A stretch of DNA of 17,258 bases from Candidatus Micrarchaeota archaeon (GTDB taxonomy: Archaea; Micrarchaeota; Micrarchaeia; Anstonellales; Bilamarchaeaceae), in the NCBI GenBank assembly GCA_043812915.1, contig JBDRLQ010000018.1, forward strand, positions 1 through 17,258, read 5' to 3'. Under the pieces are notes generated by a model. That model worked only from the letters and a program-made list of their open reading frames with translations. It did not search any database and was not told the DNA's origin. Both the position numbers and the translations under genes were made by a program. Of this stretch, positions 16,068-17,258 are shown one piece after another (the stretch's first letter is position 1; the number at the start of each line of letters is the position of its first letter).

Positions 16068-16117
16068 AGGGACTTTCCCTTCATTTTGTTGCTTTTTTTC
16101 TTCCTTTGGTTTTCTTT
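16064..16117 (+). terminator. Hairpin plus oligo-T terminator of the pilin gene
   Basis: Perfect 9-bp stem ATGAAGGGA-CTT-TCCCTTCAT overlapping the stop codon, followed by TTTGTTGCTTTTTTTCTTCCTTTGGTTTTCTTT. Confidence 0.8.
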
Positions 16118-16130
16118 CAAATCTCCTGAT

Positions 16131-16138
16131 TTTATAAA
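16131..16138 (+). promoter_or_regulatory. TATA box of the leaderless downstream gene
   Basis: TTTATAAA ends 23 nt before ATG 16162. Confidence 0.65.
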
Positions 16139-16161
16139 CTCTAACGCCGAAGAAAAGAGTT

Positions 16162-17258
16162 ATGCTTTCCGGGCTGATACCTTCTCTCTCAAGGCATGAG
16201 AAAGAAGTCACAATTCTTGAGATAATAAAGAGCGCCGAGAAGGAGAAGAAGCAGCTTGACATTTGCATCCAGGGAGAGCATGAATCCTGGGTAAGTGAAT
16301 GGGCAAAGAAAAGAGGCCACAGCCTTGGCGCGGGAAAGGATTTGGCAATTATAATAGACCAGCATCTTGATTCTGCCGCGCTCTCCTTGCTGCGGAAGAA
16401 ATCCAATAGAGTGGCGGTTATTTACCCGTCAAAAGAGCTCAGGCACCTCCCAGACATGCTTACAAAAAAAATCCCAAAAGGCCTTGCGCTGGAAAAAGAC
16501 CAGGAAAAGGATGCGATAGTAAAGGACTGCTTCTATGGCCTGTGGAACGTAGCTTATTTCGGATTCAAGGACCCAAGGCAGGATAGATATGAAATTTCAG
16601 CCATCTTCTGCCTGCTTGCCCTGCTGCTTTTCCTTGCTACTGCTCCCGATCCGGTTGATGACCTGCTCAGGCATATGAAGGTGCACGAATATGCGTACGA
16701 TTACGCGGGCATGTACGCCAACGCGTGGGGATTCTCCTTCAACCCATACCTGCTCTTTGACCATTTTTCCGGAATGATAGACCAGGGGTTCGGGGAAGCT
16801 GGCCTGAAGGTGATGCAGGGCCTTGCTTTCCTGGCATTTGCCGCTGCCTTTTTCCTGCATACTAAGGGATGGAGCGAAAGGTTCAGGATATTCATGTTCG
16901 TGCTCATCCTGATACTTGTTGGCACCAGGATTACATATGCAAGGCCAGCGGTCTTCGAGTCTTTCTTCTTCATAATAGCATTGCTGCTTTCAGGGCCCCT
17001 CGCGGTGCTGTGGGGGATATTCATGGGCTCGTTCTACTACCTGTTCCCGATATTCCTCATCCCCCTGGTGCTTGTGCGAAGAGAATACCTGATAAGCCTG
17101 GTTGTCTCCCTGGCGATGTGGTACGCATATGCCGGGCCGGCGTATTTCATTGATATCTATCATTTCATAGTGAGCATACTGACCGAAAGGGTCTCATTCA
17201 TAATGGAGAACCAAAGCGTGCTCGCCCTGCTATTCAACCCCTTCTTCCTGCTGCTGCT
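16162..17258 (+). CDS. Partial (>=365 aa) membrane protein: ~140-aa soluble N-terminal domain plus GT-C-fold glycosyltransferase-like region
   Basis: Hand-translated frame MLSGLIPSLSRHEKEV.. is open to the window end and absent from the ORF track. After the first TM helix comes the acidic loop PDPVDDLLRHMK, then NPYLLFD and RITYARPAVFE among multiple TM helices, as in GT-C superfamily enzymes. Confidence 0.75.
   Translation, partial: MLSGLIPSLSRHEKEVTILEIIKSAEKEKKQLDICIQGEHESWVSEWAKKRGHSLGAGKDLAIIIDQHLDSAALSLLRKKSNRVAVIYPSKELRHLPDMLTKKIPKGLALEKDQEKDAIVKDCFYGLWNVAYFGFKDPRQDRYEISAIFCLLALLLFLATAPDPVDDLLRHMKVHEYAYDYAGMYANAWGFSFNPYLLFDHFSGMIDQGFGEAGLKVMQGLAFLAFAAAFFLHTKGWSERFRIFMFVLILILVGTRITYARPAVFESFFFIIALLLSGPLAVLWGIFMGSFYYLFPIFLIPLVLVRREYLISLVVSLAMWYAYAGPAYFIDIYHFIVSILTERVSFIMENQSVLALLFNPFFLLL

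Noticed and set aside
16464..16471. A8 homopolymer as a possible phase-variation site in the GT-C-like gene
   Set aside because: The frame is intact (Thr-Lys-Lys-Ile) and the run is too short to support without read data.
16029..17153. Track ORFs at the right end (125, 87, 107 and 94 aa)
   Set aside because: They are superseded by the continuous plus-strand frame from 16162, which has a TATA box and coherent TM segments.
1..17258. CRISPR array, tRNA/rRNA, transposase/integrase or DGR template/variable repeat pair
   Set aside because: I saw no regularly spaced repeats, RNA gene motifs, mobile-element proteins, reverse transcriptase or long near-identical DNA duplications; the shared domains are similar only at the protein level.

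Overview
Archaeal DNA, most likely a DPANN lineage such as Micrarchaeota. This is inferred from BRE/TATA promoters, mostly leaderless genes, a CarS homologue, an N-terminally truncated Rqc2/NFACT protein and an orphan VirB2-like pilin. The left 11.2 kb is a minus-strand cluster of six signal-peptide-bearing envelope genes; in transcription order these are 533 aa, 565 aa, 635 aa, 225 aa, 576 aa and a giant >=1063 aa LamG/beta-helix protein that runs off the window and is missing from the ORF track. Four of them share unrecognised domains pairwise in a chain: domain A (225 aa protein and N-terminus of 533 aa), domain B (twice in 533 aa, once at the C-terminus of 565 aa) and domain C (N-termini of 565 aa and of the membrane-anchored 635 aa). 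The domain-A-only gene has its own TATA/BRE promoter, strong SD and oligo-T terminator. I infer a possibly undescribed non-type-IV surface filament or lattice system with a major subunit, adaptors, a membrane anchor and a giant adhesin. The right part holds a truncated Rqc2-like gene, a fused membrane protein co-transcribed with a divergent carS, an HGSNAT-like acyltransferase, the pilin and a partial GT-C-like membrane protein, also missing from the ORF track. All family calls come from motif recognition by eye, not database searches. I saw no RNA genes, CRISPR arrays or mobile elements.
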